Assembly: GCA_002691145.1 (NCBI GenBank)
Contig: NZHE01000026.1
Location: forward strand, 15,678-79,677
Source of the DNA: Rickettsiales bacterium
GTDB lineage: Bacteria; Pseudomonadota; Alphaproteobacteria; Methylaequorales; Methylaequoraceae
Length of the DNA: 64,000 nucleotides
Direction of reading: 5' to 3'
The notes below the pieces were generated by a model. It ran no database searches. It was not told the origin of the DNA and was given only the letters and a program-made list of their open reading frames with translations. Below are positions 50,562-62,608 of this stretch, one piece after another; the stretch's first letter is position 1; each line of letters begins with the position of its first letter. Position numbers and translations under genes: made by a program.

Positions 50562-51567
50562 TTATATTTATCCTATCAATTTGTTGTTTCAAATATTTTT
50601 TACTTAATTTACTTTTTTTAACGTGTAATTTTGATTTAAGAAAAAATTCAAATTTATTTTTACATACTAATTTTGAAACACTATAAATTTTTTTCATATC
50701 AGACAGGACACCTGAACAATACAAAAGTATATCGCATCCACCATTATAACAGTTTTTAGCTTTTAACTTTATATCACCATTAAGTGCCTTCATATCCAAA
50801 TCATCTGAAAGAGTAAAACCTTTATACAAAATAATATCCTTTAATATATTCTTTATTATAATTTTTGAGTAAGGAGCCACTTTTTTATCTAAATTACTAT
50901 ACAAAATATGAGCAAGCATTAAAAAGTTTTCATTTTTTAATCTTACATACGGCTTTAAATCTATTTTTTTCAGTTCATTTAAATTTACCTTTATTTCAGG
51001 CAAGGTTTTATGACTATCTTTGTCTGATCTTCCATGACCAGGAAAATGTTTTAAAACCGGAAAGATACCTGATTCTCTCATTCCTTCACAATAAATTTTC
51101 GCTAAATTTGAAACTATTTCTGGATCTTCACTAAACGATCTGTCTCCAATAATATTATCTCCAAAGTCAAAAAAAATATCGAGTACTGGCGAACAATTTA
51201 TATCAATACCAATTTCCTTTAATTCAAAACCCATCAATCTTGAATAAAGAAATGCTAAGTTCTTAGCTTTATCACAATTTTTTTTATAAATATCACCAAA
51301 ATATTTTTGAGATGGAATAGAAAAAAACTCCTCATTATTAAATCTCTGAACCCTACCTCCCTCATGATCAACAAAAATTTGAAGATTTTTGTTTAAAGAT
51401 ATATTTTTAAGGTTTTTAATTAATTCAGATATTTGTTTTTTTGATTTAAAATTTCTTGTAAATAAGATAAACCCAAAAGGATCAATTTTAGAAAAAAAAT
51501 CAAACTCAGATGAACTTATTTTAGTTCCACTACATGATAAAACAATGCCTTTTGGAATTTGAACCAT
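50554..51567 (-). CDS. nagZ: Beta-N-acetylhexosaminidase (GH3)
   Basis: DHEGGRVQR, KHFPGHGR...DSH and SDDLDM motifs. Confidence 0.95.
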   Translation of the reverse strand: MVQIPKGIVLSCSGTKISSSEFDFFSKIDPFGFILFTRNFKSKKQISELIKNLKNISLNKNLQIFVDHEGGRVQRFNNEEFFSIPSQKYFGDIYKKNCDKAKNLAFLYSRLMGFELKEIGIDINCSPVLDIFFDFGDNIIGDRSFSEDPEIVSNLAKIYCEGMRESGIFPVLKHFPGHGRSDKDSHKTLPEIKVNLNELKKIDLKPYVRLKNENFLMLAHILYSNLDKKVAPYSKIIIKNILKDIILYKGFTLSDDLDMKALNGDIKLKAKNCYNGGCDILLYCSGVLSDMKKIYSVSKLVCKNKFEFFLKSKLHVKKSKLSKKYLKQQIDRINIID

Positions 51568-51570
51568 ACT

Positions 51571-52092
51571 CTATTTTACAATTATACAGTCAAATTTTTT
51601 TTTCTTCAAATTTAAACATATTTTTTCAGCCTCTTGTTTATTAAACTTTTCAAAACTTTTTATTCTATAAAAACTTCCTTTATTTTTGATTTTTACTTGT
51701 TCAATGTTTGGAAAGTCCTCTTCAAAATATTCTGGAAAATTTAATTTATAATCTTTATAAATTTCATTGATTTTCTCTTTATTTTTAATTGATGCAATTT
51801 GAACTCTGAATTTATTATCAGAAGTTTTTTCAATATTTTTTCTTTTTGATTTATCATGACTTTGAATATTTTCATAAGATGATTTTTTTTTTGGATCATC
51901 AATTATATTATAAATTTCTAATTGCTCGGGTTTGTTTTTTAAACCAACTGCGGCTTTTTTTATACTAGTAATTTCAGCAAAAATTGTAATTTCATTATTT
52001 TTAACCATTAAATTATAATTAAATTTAATTATAAAAATAAATAAGATTATCATTGAGAAAATAATAAAAAATTTAAATTTAAATTTGAACAT
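51571..52092 (-). CDS. SPOR-domain protein (FtsN-like)
   Basis: N-terminal TM; FRVQIAS...FYRI...CLNLKKKKFDCIIV; between argS and nagZ. Confidence 0.82.
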   Translation of the reverse strand: MFKFKFKFFIIFSMIILFIFIIKFNYNLMVKNNEITIFAEITSIKKAAVGLKNKPEQLEIYNIIDDPKKKSSYENIQSHDKSKRKNIEKTSDNKFRVQIASIKNKEKINEIYKDYKLNFPEYFEEDFPNIEQVKIKNKGSFYRIKSFEKFNKQEAEKICLNLKKKKFDCIIVK

Positions 52093-52095
52093 CTT

Positions 52096-53817
52096 CTACA
52101 TATTTTCAGGTGCATTTATTTTAAGTAAATTCAATCCTTTTTTTAAGGTTTGTTTTACTGCTAAAACTAAACCCAATCTAGATAAAGAGACTTCTTCATC
52201 ATCAAATACTAAAATCTTTTTCTTACAATCAATATTACCTAATGACCAATAATTGTGAAAATTCTTCGATAGGTCGTATAAATAGTTTGTGAGTTTTTGA
52301 GGTTCAAAATAATTTGCAGCTGACATTATAACTTTTTCATAAGAACAAATTATTTTTATTAAATTTAATTCTTCGAGCATAACTAAAAGACTAAAATCAT
52401 GGTTTTTAAAGGAATTTTTAAATTGAAATTCTTTTTTTGCCATTTCTTCGATAGAACAACATCTTGCAAAAGCATATTGCACATAAAAAACAGGATTTTC
52501 TTTTGTTTTTTTCTTAATTAAATCAAAATCAAATTCAATGATTTTATCAGAACTTCTTGATATCATCATAAATCTTAAAGCGTCTTTTCCAACCTCCTCA
52601 ATTACCTCTCTTAATGTTATATAAACACCAGCTCTTTTTGACATTTTTAACGATTTTTTATTTTTTATTAGTTTTACTAGTTCTGTTAATTTTATATGAA
52701 AATCAAAATCTCGACTTTTAATAACATTCATTGCATTTTTAAGTCTAGAAACGTAACCACTATGGTCAATTCCCCAAATATTTATTAAAATATCATATTG
52801 ATTGTTAATTTTTTCCTCATGATAAATTATATCTGACATAAAGTAGGTAAGTTCACCATTAGGTTTAATTAAGGCTCTATCCGACTCATCATTAATTTTT
52901 TTTGATTTAAATATTAATTGTTTTTTTTGTACCCAATCTTTGTTTTTTCTACCCTTTGGCGGTTCTTGGACTCCGAAATATACAAGATCTTTTTTTAATA
53001 ATTTATTTTTAATTTCCTCAACTTTTTTATTATTGGTCAATTCTTTTTCGGAAACAAACTTATCATGAATAATTTCAAGACATTTTAAATCCTTTTTTAT
53101 ATCAGAAAGAATTATTTCAACTGCTCTGTCCTTTATAAAATTATTTTCTTTGCTTTTTTCAATTTTTTTTTTTTTTAGTTCAAATTTTATAACATTTGCA
53201 ATATTTTTCAAATACTCTCCTGGGTAAAGTTCATCTAAAATAGTGTCTTTCAAAGCACCAAAAATATGAAATTTTATAGTTTCAGCTAAAACATTAATTT
53301 GATTACCTGCATCATTGACATAGTATTCTCTAGTCACATTATGACCACATTCTTCAAGTAATGATGAGATTGTATCACCTAAAACAGCGCCTCTTGCATG
53401 TCCAATATGCATAAGTCCTGTTGGATTTGCAGACACAAATTCTATATTAATATTTTTTATTTTTTTTAATTTTTTTTTAGGAGGATTTAGAAAGAAATAA
53501 GAAAGTTGAGATTGCCAAAATTTTTTTTTTAAAAAAAAATTTATAAATCCTGGTTTTTTAATCTCAATTTTTTCAAAAATAGAGTTTTCTCTCATTAATT
53601 CTAGAACACTGTCAGCTAGTTCTAAAGGACCAAATTTTGTGTATTTTGTATATACTAATGCAAAATTAGTTGAAATGTCTCCAAATTTCGCATTTGCTGG
53701 GATTTCAATACTAAAGTTTACATTCTCGGTTAAAACATGTTTTTTTAAAATATTTTTTTTGACCAAATCATTTTGAACATCCCTTAATAGATTTTGAAAT
53801 TGTTCATAAAAAAACAT
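52096..53817 (-). CDS. argS: Arginyl-tRNA synthetase
   Basis: EFVSANPTGLMHIGH, KMSKRAG, NPVFYVQYA and terminal APENM. Confidence 0.97.
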   Translation of the reverse strand: MFFYEQFQNLLRDVQNDLVKKNILKKHVLTENVNFSIEIPANAKFGDISTNFALVYTKYTKFGPLELADSVLELMRENSIFEKIEIKKPGFINFFLKKKFWQSQLSYFFLNPPKKKLKKIKNINIEFVSANPTGLMHIGHARGAVLGDTISSLLEECGHNVTREYYVNDAGNQINVLAETIKFHIFGALKDTILDELYPGEYLKNIANVIKFELKKKKIEKSKENNFIKDRAVEIILSDIKKDLKCLEIIHDKFVSEKELTNNKKVEEIKNKLLKKDLVYFGVQEPPKGRKNKDWVQKKQLIFKSKKINDESDRALIKPNGELTYFMSDIIYHEEKINNQYDILINIWGIDHSGYVSRLKNAMNVIKSRDFDFHIKLTELVKLIKNKKSLKMSKRAGVYITLREVIEEVGKDALRFMMISRSSDKIIEFDFDLIKKKTKENPVFYVQYAFARCCSIEEMAKKEFQFKNSFKNHDFSLLVMLEELNLIKIICSYEKVIMSAANYFEPQKLTNYLYDLSKNFHNYWSLGNIDCKKKILVFDDEEVSLSRLGLVLAVKQTLKKGLNLLKINAPENM

Positions 53818-53818
53818 A

Positions 53819-54961
53819 TTAAAAACTATATAGATTAAAAAATCGATTGTGAATTGTTATTGCTTTTTTATCAGTTAAACTAGAAATATAATTTGAAATG
53901 TTATCATGTAGATCACTTTTTTCATTAAATTCTCTCCAATCTTCGGGTAATAATTGTGGTTCATTTTCAAATAAATCAAACAGTTCTGATATTATTTTTT
54001 TAGCTTTAAATGTCATAGTTTTCACCGTTGCATGTTCATACATCTTTTTTTTTAAAAATAATCTTAACTCTTCCTCATTTTTTTGCATTTCCTCGCTAAA
54101 AGTTACAACTTTCTCTTTTATTTCCTTTATATCATTTGAGGATTGAGGTTTGTATTTACTTAACTTTAATTTTGTGCAAAACGCTAAGTCATTTAACATA
54201 TCTTTTATACATAAGCGAACTAATTCATGTTTAATCCTCGATTTATTTCTTTTTGCATTTTTAATGTTTATTTTTTTTAAATTATTTTTAATAATACTTA
54301 ATGTTTCAAGCTCTTCTAAATCAAATAACTTTGCATGTAATCCATCATCAATATCATTATTATTATAAGCAATATCATCAGCAACTGAAGCTATTTGACC
54401 CTCAATAGAAGAATTTAAATAAGTATCACCTTCAAACGATTTTAAAAGATTATCAATAAAATTAGGTAAAGTTTTCTTTTTTAATGGACCATTATGTTTC
54501 AAAATTCCATCTAATGTTTCCCATGTTAGATTTAATCCATCAAAATCAATGTATCTTTTCTCTAAAAATGTTAAAATTTTTATTGTTTGGAAATTATGAT
54601 TAAAACCGCCTCTCATCATTAACTTCTCATTCAAAGCCTCTTCACCGGCATGACCAAATGGAGTGTGTCCAAGATCATGAGCCAATGCAATGGCTTCCGA
54701 AAGGTCTTCATTAACTCGAAAAATTTTTGAAATAGACCTTGCTAATTGAGATACTTCAATACTGTGAGATAACCTTGTTCTGTAATAATCACCTTCATGG
54801 TATACAAAGACCTGTGTTTTATATTTTAGACGTCTGAAAGCTGTTGAGTGAATAATTCTATCTCTATCTCGCATGAAACAAGTTCTGTGGAGATCGTCAG
54901 CCTCTGGAAAAATTCTATAATTTGAATTTTTAGCTTTTGTTGCGATTATTGAGTAATTCAT
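53819..54961 (-). CDS. dgt: dGTP triphosphohydrolase
   Basis: RDRDRIIHSTAFRRLKYKTQVF, RTRLSHS and HDLGHTPFGHAGE motifs. Confidence 0.96.
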   Translation of the reverse strand: MNYSIIATKAKNSNYRIFPEADDLHRTCFMRDRDRIIHSTAFRRLKYKTQVFVYHEGDYYRTRLSHSIEVSQLARSISKIFRVNEDLSEAIALAHDLGHTPFGHAGEEALNEKLMMRGGFNHNFQTIKILTFLEKRYIDFDGLNLTWETLDGILKHNGPLKKKTLPNFIDNLLKSFEGDTYLNSSIEGQIASVADDIAYNNNDIDDGLHAKLFDLEELETLSIIKNNLKKINIKNAKRNKSRIKHELVRLCIKDMLNDLAFCTKLKLSKYKPQSSNDIKEIKEKVVTFSEEMQKNEEELRLFLKKKMYEHATVKTMTFKAKKIISELFDLFENEPQLLPEDWREFNEKSDLHDNISNYISSLTDKKAITIHNRFFNLYSF

Positions 54962-55019
54962 ATATATATATTAATAATACAAAATTTAAAAATTAATATA
55001 ATATAATAAAACTTTAATT

Positions 55020-55343
55020 ATGATAACAATTACAAAAAATGCCGAAGAAAGAATTTCTCAAGTCCTTCTTAAAAAAAAATTAAAAAATAATTATTTTCGA
55101 ATATCTGTTGATGGAGGCGGCTGTCAGGGATTCTCATATAATTTCGTTTTTGACACAAAACTAAATAAAGAAGATCAGATAATTGAATTAAGCAGTATTA
55201 AAGTATTAATAGATAAAACATCTCTGAAATTAATTGATGGGTCTAAACTTGACTTCACAAACGATTTGATGGGTTCCTATTTTAAGATTGAAAATCCACA
55301 GGCATCTTCAACTTGCGGTTGCGGTACTTCATTTTCTGTTTAA
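55020..55343 (+). CDS. erpA: Fe-S cluster insertion protein (ErpA/IscA family)
   Basis: GGGCQGFSY and CGCGTSF motifs; syntenic with dgt and xth. Confidence 0.88.
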   Translation: MITITKNAEERISQVLLKKKLKNNYFRISVDGGGCQGFSYNFVFDTKLNKEDQIIELSSIKVLIDKTSLKLIDGSKLDFTNDLMGSYFKIENPQASSTCGCGTSFSV

Positions 55344-55353
55344 ATAATTTTTT

Positions 55354-56142
55354 ATGTTGTTGATAGCTTCCTGGAATATTAATTCAATAAGAATTAGATT
55401 AAATTCAATTTCTGATTGGATAGAAAAAAGATCCCCAGATATTATTTTATTTCAAGAGATAAAATGTCAAACAAATGAATTTCCATATACTTTTTTTATT
55501 GACAAAGGTTACGAAAACATTGTGGAAGGTCAAAAAGCAAGAAATGGTGTAGCAATTGTTATTAAAAAAGACTTACTAAAAAAGAAGGAACAGAAAATCA
55601 ATAATAAAATTAACTTTAATAATCAATCAAGGTTTATGTGCTATTATCTTCCTTTATTAGATATTTACCTATGTAATATTTATGTTCCTAATGGTAATCC
55701 AACCGACGATGTTAAAAAATATAATTATAAAGTAGATTTTTTTTTGGCATTAAAAAAATTTTTATATCCGTTTATAATTAACGAAAAGAAAATAATTATT
55801 GGAGGCGATTTTAATGTTATTGAGAATAAAAAAGATGTTAAAAATTTTGAACTTTGGAAAAATGATGCACTTGGCAAACTTCAGATAAGAAAGTCATTTA
55901 GAGAACTGATTTCTCTTGGTTATTTAAATGTTTGTCGTTTTTTTTTTAATCCTGGAGAAAAATACAGTTTTTGGGATTATCAAAAAATGGCATGGGAACA
56001 AAATAATGGTCTTTTGATAGACCATTTCTTAGTTTCCCCGAAAGTAATTGACAAAACAGTGAAATTTGGAATAGATAATGAAGTTAGAGGCTTACAAAGA
56101 CCCTCTGATCATGTTCCTATTTGGATGAATCTAAATATCTGA
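55354..56142 (+). CDS. xthA: Exodeoxyribonuclease III
   Basis: SWNINS, QEIK, YVPNG, GDFN and PSDHVP motifs. Confidence 0.95.
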   Translation: MLLIASWNINSIRIRLNSISDWIEKRSPDIILFQEIKCQTNEFPYTFFIDKGYENIVEGQKARNGVAIVIKKDLLKKKEQKINNKINFNNQSRFMCYYLPLLDIYLCNIYVPNGNPTDDVKKYNYKVDFFLALKKFLYPFIINEKKIIIGGDFNVIENKKDVKNFELWKNDALGKLQIRKSFRELISLGYLNVCRFFFNPGEKYSFWDYQKMAWEQNNGLLIDHFLVSPKVIDKTVKFGIDNEVRGLQRPSDHVPIWMNLNI

Positions 56143-57855
56143 ATAAATTTTTGTTTCTTTTGTTGCTCCTGGATGTGTTACAGCTCCAAATCTAGCAGGA
56201 CCAACAGTTTGAGCATACTTCCACAAGGCCCCAGAATTAAAGTCATTGTTTTTATTTTTCCAATTTAACTTTCTTATTTTTAATTCATCCTTTGAAACTA
56301 ACAGACTTATTACCCCTTTAGTTGCATCAATTTCTATTATGTCACCATTTTCTATAAGAGCAATTGGGCCACCATCTGCAGCTTCTGGACCTACATGACC
56401 AATACAAAAACCCCTTGTAGCGCCTGAAAATCTTCCATCAGTAATCAAAGCAACTTTATCTCCTTTTCCTTGACCATATAAGGCTGCGGTTGTTGCTAAC
56501 ATCTCCCGCATACCTGGACCTCCTTTTGGTCCCTCATATCTAATAATAATAACATCGCCGTCATTATATTTTTCCTCTGAAACTGCTTTAAAAGCATCCT
56601 CTTCAGAGTTAAAACAAAGGGCTTTTCCCTTAAAAGTCAAAGATTTCATTCCGGCTACTTTCACAATGGCTCCATCTGGAGCTAGATTACCCCTCAAGCC
56701 AATTACTCCACCTGTTTTTGAGATAGGATTTTTGGTTGAATAAACAATTTTCTGACTAACAGTATTAAACTTAATTTTTTCAAGATTTTTGGAAATCGTG
56801 TCTCCAGTTATAGTTAAACAATCTCCATGAAGATATCCTCCCTCAAGTAATGCTTTCATAATAATAGGTACCCCTCCAATTTCATAAAGATCTTTAACTA
56901 AATAATTTCCACCAGGTTTAAGGTCTGCAATATATGGCGTTTGCTTAAAAATTTCAGCAATATCAAAAAGATCAAATTTTATTCCTATTTCATTTGCTAA
57001 TGCAGGTAAGTGAAGCGCAGCATTAGTTGAACCACCACTACAGGCAACAATTCTAGCGGCATTTTCTAATGATTTAATGTTAACAAGATCTCGAGGTTTG
57101 ATGTTATTATTAATTAAATTCATAACTGTTTCTCCTGCATGTAAACAAAAATTATGACGTGACTCATAGGGTGCAGGTACCGCTGTTGAATTTGGAAGAG
57201 CAATGCCCAATGCCTCTGCTACACACGCCATGGTATTAGCCGTAAATTGACCACCGCATGAACCAGCAGATGGACAAGCTACTTGCTCGAGTTCTGTAAG
57301 TTCATTCATAGTTATTTTTTTTGATGCATGTTCACCTACAGCTTCAAAAACATCTTGCACTGTAACATCTTTATTTTTGAATTTTCCAGGCAATATTGAA
57401 CCTCCATAAACAAAAACTGAAGGAATATTTAACCTTAACATAGACATCATAATACCCGGCAAAGATTTATCACATCCAGCCAAACCTACCAAACCATCAT
57501 AACAATGTCCTCGCATAGTTACTTCGATAGAATCAGCAATAATATCTCTTGATACTAAAGAAGATTTCATACCCTCATGCCCCATCGCTATTCCGTCAGT
57601 AACAGATATTGTTGTAAACTCTCTTGGAGTTCCTTTTTTATTTTTCACACCTTCTTTTACAGACTGAGCTTGTTTGGATAATGATATGTTGCATGGAGCA
57701 GATTCATTCCAACAAGAAGCAACTCCAACAAAAGGTTGTTTAATTTCTTTTTCAGTCATACCCATAGCGTAATAATATGATCTATGAGGAGCGGACTCCG
57801 GTCCAATGCTGACATGCCGACTTGGTAAATTTGACTTACTAACCATCAGTTTCAA
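56131..57855 (-). CDS. ilvD: Dihydroxy-acid dehydratase
   Basis: [24 protein letters not shown] and TDGRFSG motifs. Confidence 0.97.
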   Translation of the reverse strand: MKLMVSKSNLPSRHVSIGPESAPHRSYYYAMGMTEKEIKQPFVGVASCWNESAPCNISLSKQAQSVKEGVKNKKGTPREFTTISVTDGIAMGHEGMKSSLVSRDIIADSIEVTMRGHCYDGLVGLAGCDKSLPGIMMSMLRLNIPSVFVYGGSILPGKFKNKDVTVQDVFEAVGEHASKKITMNELTELEQVACPSAGSCGGQFTANTMACVAEALGIALPNSTAVPAPYESRHNFCLHAGETVMNLINNNIKPRDLVNIKSLENAARIVACSGGSTNAALHLPALANEIGIKFDLFDIAEIFKQTPYIADLKPGGNYLVKDLYEIGGVPIIMKALLEGGYLHGDCLTITGDTISKNLEKIKFNTVSQKIVYSTKNPISKTGGVIGLRGNLAPDGAIVKVAGMKSLTFKGKALCFNSEEDAFKAVSEEKYNDGDVIIIRYEGPKGGPGMREMLATTAALYGQGKGDKVALITDGRFSGATRGFCIGHVGPEAADGGPIALIENGDIIEIDATKGVISLLVSKDELKIRKLNWKNKNNDFNSGALWKYAQTVGPARFGAVTHPGATKETKIYSDI

Positions 57856-58628
57856 ATAAAAGAATGAATAATAGTTCTGAATATATCTTTGTCGTATATA
57901 TATGCAAAGTGATTTCCGTTTTTAATACATTTTTTTTTATGGCCGCAAAGTTTTGATATTAAATTTCTATTTGCACTCTTTTCTCCATATAAATATAATG
58001 TGTTTTTAAAATAATTTTTAAAATAACCAAGCAGATAGTCTTTTTTAGACCAATTGTAAATATGTTTTGAATACATGTAAAAGTCGAATGCACTTATATT
58101 TTTAATATTTTTGCTCCAATTTCTTATAAAATAATCTTCTGAGAAAGTACATTTTTTTAGTAAATTGTTGAACCCAACTTCAGTGAAAAATTTCAAAGGA
58201 TAAGAGATAGTTTTTTTAGTAACTAAAGATGAGTCGGTTCCAATTAAATTTCCTTCAAAAATTAGAAATTTACAATTTTTATTTTTATTCCTCAAAAAAT
58301 TTTTATAAAGTAAAATAAAGATAATTGAGGACATTGAATGACAAAATATATTAAATTTATCAATACCTTTTATTTTTAAAAAACAATAAATCTTTTTAAC
58401 ATAATCTAGTAGATAATCATTCCTTAAATTACAAACAACTCCTTCATGTCCAGGATTTTTAAATAAAATGATATGTATTTTATTCAAACTAGTTAAAAAA
58501 GGAGCATAATCTTTTGAAACACAGCCTAAACCAGGTATAATCACTAATATTTTTTGGCTTTTATTTTTTTTACAATTTAATTTCTTATTGGAAACTATTG
58601 ATAAATCTCTAAATTTGAGTTTATACAT
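57852..58628 (-). CDS. Alpha/beta-hydrolase fold protein
   Basis: IPGLG, PGHE, CHSMS nucleophile elbow and C-terminal GNHF. Confidence 0.75.
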   Translation of the reverse strand: MYKLKFRDLSIVSNKKLNCKKNKSQKILVIIPGLGCVSKDYAPFLTSLNKIHIILFKNPGHEGVVCNLRNDYLLDYVKKIYCFLKIKGIDKFNIFCHSMSSIIFILLYKNFLRNKNKNCKFLIFEGNLIGTDSSLVTKKTISYPLKFFTEVGFNNLLKKCTFSEDYFIRNWSKNIKNISAFDFYMYSKHIYNWSKKDYLLGYFKNYFKNTLYLYGEKSANRNLISKLCGHKKKCIKNGNHFAYIYDKDIFRTIIHSFI

Positions 58629-61242
58629 TGTCTTTATAATTTTTTTCTAAAATATCTAAATTCTTTGTTGCATCTTCTAATTTTCTTATTTGTTCTTCAA
58701 CTATTTTTTTTGGTGCCTTTTTCAAAAAATTTTTATTTTTTAATTTATTATTAAAAAAGTCGATTTCTTTTTTCAAAAAAATAACTTTTTCTTTATAAAT
58801 TTTATCTGATAGATTTTTTTTAATATAAAATCCAAATTTTAGTTGAGCAGTAAAAAATAGCTTGAAATTTTCATTATTTTTAGTTTCAAAAACTAAATCT
58901 TTTACTTTAAAAATAGAATTAAATATTAAAAAGTTTTCGATTAAGAATTGGACATCTTTTTTATTATTGAAACAAAACATCTCTAAATTAGCAATTGTCT
59001 TAATTTTATTTTTCTCTAAAAAAGAGCGTAAATCTCTAATAAATAAAATAAGTTTTTCAATATTATTATATTTAATTTTATCAATATTTACTTTTTTTAA
59101 ATTATCAAATTTTTGATTATAAAGGTAATAAGGCTTTCCAAACTTTAAGTTTTTAAATATTTCTTCAGTTATAAATGGAATAAATGGATTACATAAAATC
59201 AAGATATTTCTAAATATCCAATTGAAAGTTTCATTTATTTCTTTGAAATTTTCATTCTCATTTAAGTATGGTTTTACAAATTCTATATAAAGATCACAAA
59301 AGTCTGTCCAAATAAATTGGTACAAATTTGTTGTAGCAAAATTAAACTGAAAATTTTTTATATTTTTTTGAACTTTTTTATTGAGCTTAAAGAATTTATC
59401 ATATATCCAATGGTTTATTGTAAGTTTTAATTTCTCTGGATAAAATTTTCCAGTGTATTGAAAATTATTAAGCTCGTAAAATCTAGCAATGTTCCAAATT
59501 TTTGTTAAAAAGTTTCTGCTATTTTCAACCAATTTATCAGATAATTTAATATCTCTTCCTTGTGTAGATAAATTAACCAATGTGAATCTGACAGCATCCG
59601 CCCCGTAAGTACGTATTAAATCTAAGGGATTTATTACATTCCCCTTAGATTTAGACATTTTTTTCCCGAATTTATCCTTTACTAGTGGATGTATGTAAAT
59701 ATGTTTAAAGGGGTTATCCTTTTTAAAATAAATTCCCATCATAATCATTCTAGCGACCCAAAAAAATATAATATCAAAACCTGTAACAAGAACATTTGAT
59801 GGATAATACTTTTCTAACTCATTTGTTTTTTCTGGCCAACCTAGAGTCGAGAAAGGCCATAAAGCAGACGAAAACCAGGTATCCAAAACATCTTCGTCTT
59901 GCTTTAATGTAAGATTTTTAGAACCATACTTTTTTTTTGCAATTTTTAATGCTGCTTCAAAATTTTCAGCAACAACAACATTACCATCATTAGTGTACCA
60001 AGCGGGAATTCTATGACCCCACCAAATTTGTCTTGAAATACACCATGGCTCAATATTTTCTATCCAATAATTAAAGGAATTAATCCAGTTTTTTGGATGA
60101 AAATTAATTTTATTATCCTTAATTAAATCTTTTATTGGAATACAAAGCTTTTTTGCATCGCAAAACCATTGCTCCGTAAGCAAAGGTTCAATCACTTCGC
60201 CAGATCTGTCCCCGACTGGTATATACATTTTATTTTCTTTTTCCCCTGATAATATTTTTAGAGATTGAAATTCTAATAAAATTTTTTTTCTAGCATCAAA
60301 TCTGTATAGTTTTTGATATTTAAGAGGCACATTCTCATTCATTGTAGCGTTTCGATCAAAAATATTTATTGGCTTTAAATTATGTTTTTTTCCTATTTTA
60401 AAATCATTAAAGTCATGAGCAGGTGTAATTTTAACTGCCCCACTACCTTTTTTTGGATCAGCGTATTCATCAGAAATTATCGGAATTTTTTTGTTAATTA
60501 TTGGTACAATAGCAAATTTTCCAATATATTTTTTTAGTTTTTTATTTTTAGGATGAATAGCGATTGCACTATCAGCGAAAATTGTTTCTGGTCTTGTTGT
60601 AGCAATCGTTACTATATCTTTAGAATCTGCTATTTTATAGTCAATAAACCACAATTTCCCCAAAACTTCTTTTTGGTTTACCTCTAGATCAGAAATTGCT
60701 GTTTGAAGTTTTGGATCCCAATTTACTAGCCTTTTATCCTTGTAAATAACGCCATCATTATACAACTTTTCAAAGACTTTATTTACCGCTTTTGATAAAC
60801 CTGAATCCATCGTGAAACGGGATCTTTCCCAATCAACCGCAGTACCCAATCTATTCATCTGATGGATAATTAAATCGCCTGAGACTTTTTTCCACTTCCA
60901 AATTTCATCAATAAATTTTTTTCTCCCAATTGTTTTTTTTTTTATTTTTTTTTTTTCCAATTCCTTTTCAACTATGATTTCAGTAGCAATCCCAGCATGA
61001 TCTGTTCCTGCTTGCCATAAGACATCGAAACCTAACTTTTTATAAAACCTGATTAAAATATCCTGTAAAGTAAAAGTTAGCGCATGCCCAATATGAAGAC
61101 TTCCAGTTATATTTGGTGGTGGCATCATGATTGTAAAACTCATAGTTTTTTTTTCATCAAGAAACTTAAAAACTTTTTTTGATTTCCAATTTTCTAAACA
61201 ATTTTTTTCAACTATTTCTGTATTAAATCTTTTTTCAATCAT
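58621..61242 (-). CDS. valS: Valyl-tRNA synthetase
   Basis: PPPNITGSLHIGH, WCISRQIWWGH and KMSKSKGN motifs; start taken at MIEKRF. Confidence 0.97.
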   Translation of the reverse strand: MIEKRFNTEIVEKNCLENWKSKKVFKFLDEKKTMSFTIMMPPPNITGSLHIGHALTFTLQDILIRFYKKLGFDVLWQAGTDHAGIATEIIVEKELEKKKIKKKTIGRKKFIDEIWKWKKVSGDLIIHQMNRLGTAVDWERSRFTMDSGLSKAVNKVFEKLYNDGVIYKDKRLVNWDPKLQTAISDLEVNQKEVLGKLWFIDYKIADSKDIVTIATTRPETIFADSAIAIHPKNKKLKKYIGKFAIVPIINKKIPIISDEYADPKKGSGAVKITPAHDFNDFKIGKKHNLKPINIFDRNATMNENVPLKYQKLYRFDARKKILLEFQSLKILSGEKENKMYIPVGDRSGEVIEPLLTEQWFCDAKKLCIPIKDLIKDNKINFHPKNWINSFNYWIENIEPWCISRQIWWGHRIPAWYTNDGNVVVAENFEAALKIAKKKYGSKNLTLKQDEDVLDTWFSSALWPFSTLGWPEKTNELEKYYPSNVLVTGFDIIFFWVARMIMMGIYFKKDNPFKHIYIHPLVKDKFGKKMSKSKGNVINPLDLIRTYGADAVRFTLVNLSTQGRDIKLSDKLVENSRNFLTKIWNIARFYELNNFQYTGKFYPEKLKLTINHWIYDKFFKLNKKVQKNIKNFQFNFATTNLYQFIWTDFCDLYIEFVKPYLNENENFKEINETFNWIFRNILILCNPFIPFITEEIFKNLKFGKPYYLYNQKFDNLKKVNIDKIKYNNIEKLILFIRDLRSFLEKNKIKTIANLEMFCFNNKKDVQFLIENFLIFNSIFKVKDLVFETKNNENFKLFFTAQLKFGFYIKKNLSDKIYKEKVIFLKKEIDFFNNKLKNKNFLKKAPKKIVEEQIRKLEDATKNLDILEKNYKDNV

Positions 61243-61243
61243 C

Positions 61244-62608
61244 TCACTCAATAATATCAAGCCATTTAAATTTTACATCATTATAATTTTTAGTATCATC
61301 AAAATGTTTAACCGGTAGTCCTAAAAAAACAGAATTTAGTAATCCTTTATAAGATAATAGTGCAAAGTAAGCATTAAAATTTTGTTCATAACTCTTCACT
61401 AAATTAAATTCAGATTCAATCAACTCTTGTTCTGCATCCAAAATGTCTAAAATTGTTCTTTCACCTAACAAAAACTCCTGTCTTAAACCCTCCAGAAAAT
61501 TTTTATTAGCCTCGATCTGTTTTAAATTAGCTTGAACTTGTACTTCAGATGACTTGAATTCTGACCATGATAAGGTGGCGTTATATTTTAACTCATTCAT
61601 TTGAGAAAATTTTAATTCTTTTAGACCCAATAGCTCTTTTTTTACTTCTCTAATTTTAGATGATGCTAATCCAGATTGATATATTGGAAAATCTAACTTT
61701 GCAAATGCCGTCATAACCTCTCTAGAACTATCACTTTTAAAATAACCTTTACTTTTTCTAGCCTCTGCTTCAAAATTAACTGACGGAAGTTTGCTAGAGT
61801 ATAAACTGCTAATCTTTTTACTCACAGATTTTATTAAAAAATCTGTACTCTTTATCATTGGGTTGTTTTCTAAACAGTCTTTTATAAAATTATCAAGCTC
61901 ATCATTAATTTCTGGAAAATTAAAAAATAATTCAGGTCTTTTAGATTCTATGCCTACTGTTAGTTTGTATTTTGATTTCAATGAAAGCAACTCACTTTCA
62001 GACCTAATTAAGTTAGCTTCTGCTAGTAGTAATCTGGCTTGTGAAATTGAAACATCTGTTAATGTAATTTCACCAATATCAAATTGATCATTCGCTTGAT
62101 TAAATTGTTGTTTTAAAAATTCGACATTTTTCCTGTTTAATTCAATCTCAGATAGTTTTGATGCTAGTGATGAATAAATCTTTATTACTTCAAGAAATAC
62201 TTGTTGTTCAAAGTCTTGTAAATTATATCTTTGTGAAAAAATTTCAAATTTTGCGGCAGAAAGATTAAAAATAGATTTTCCTCCATTAAATATTGGCTGA
62301 GTAATTTTAATTCCTGCACTAGTTTCAGTTCTTACACCATCTGTTACGAAATTAGATCCAGACAAAGCAGTATCTACCTTTCCTTTCTCATAATATCCCT
62401 CAACTTTAGGTCTAAATTCAGAGAGTGCTTGCGGCATTAATTCATCCTTTTGAAAAAGTTTTTGTCTCTCGATTTTAAGTTTTGGATTAAAATCGTATGT
62501 GCTGCTAAGTGCATCCAATAATTCAAAGTTTAAAAAACTTTTTGCAAAAAGAGAACTATGTAGTAAGGATAAAAAATAAAGAACAAATATGTTAATTTTT
62601 AAACTCAT
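61244..62608 (-). CDS. tolC: TolC-family outer membrane protein
   Basis: Signal peptide from MSLKINIF; QPIFNGG, GEITLTDV and GERTILDILDAEQEL; downstream of the pcm paralog as usual in alphaproteobacteria. Confidence 0.9.
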   Translation of the reverse strand: MSLKINIFVLYFLSLLHSSLFAKSFLNFELLDALSSTYDFNPKLKIERQKLFQKDELMPQALSEFRPKVEGYYEKGKVDTALSGSNFVTDGVRTETSAGIKITQPIFNGGKSIFNLSAAKFEIFSQRYNLQDFEQQVFLEVIKIYSSLASKLSEIELNRKNVEFLKQQFNQANDQFDIGEITLTDVSISQARLLLAEANLIRSESELLSLKSKYKLTVGIESKRPELFFNFPEINDELDNFIKDCLENNPMIKSTDFLIKSVSKKISSLYSSKLPSVNFEAEARKSKGYFKSDSSREVMTAFAKLDFPIYQSGLASSKIREVKKELLGLKELKFSQMNELKYNATLSWSEFKSSEVQVQANLKQIEANKNFLEGLRQEFLLGERTILDILDAEQELIESEFNLVKSYEQNFNAYFALLSYKGLLNSVFLGLPVKHFDDTKNYNDVKFKWLDIIE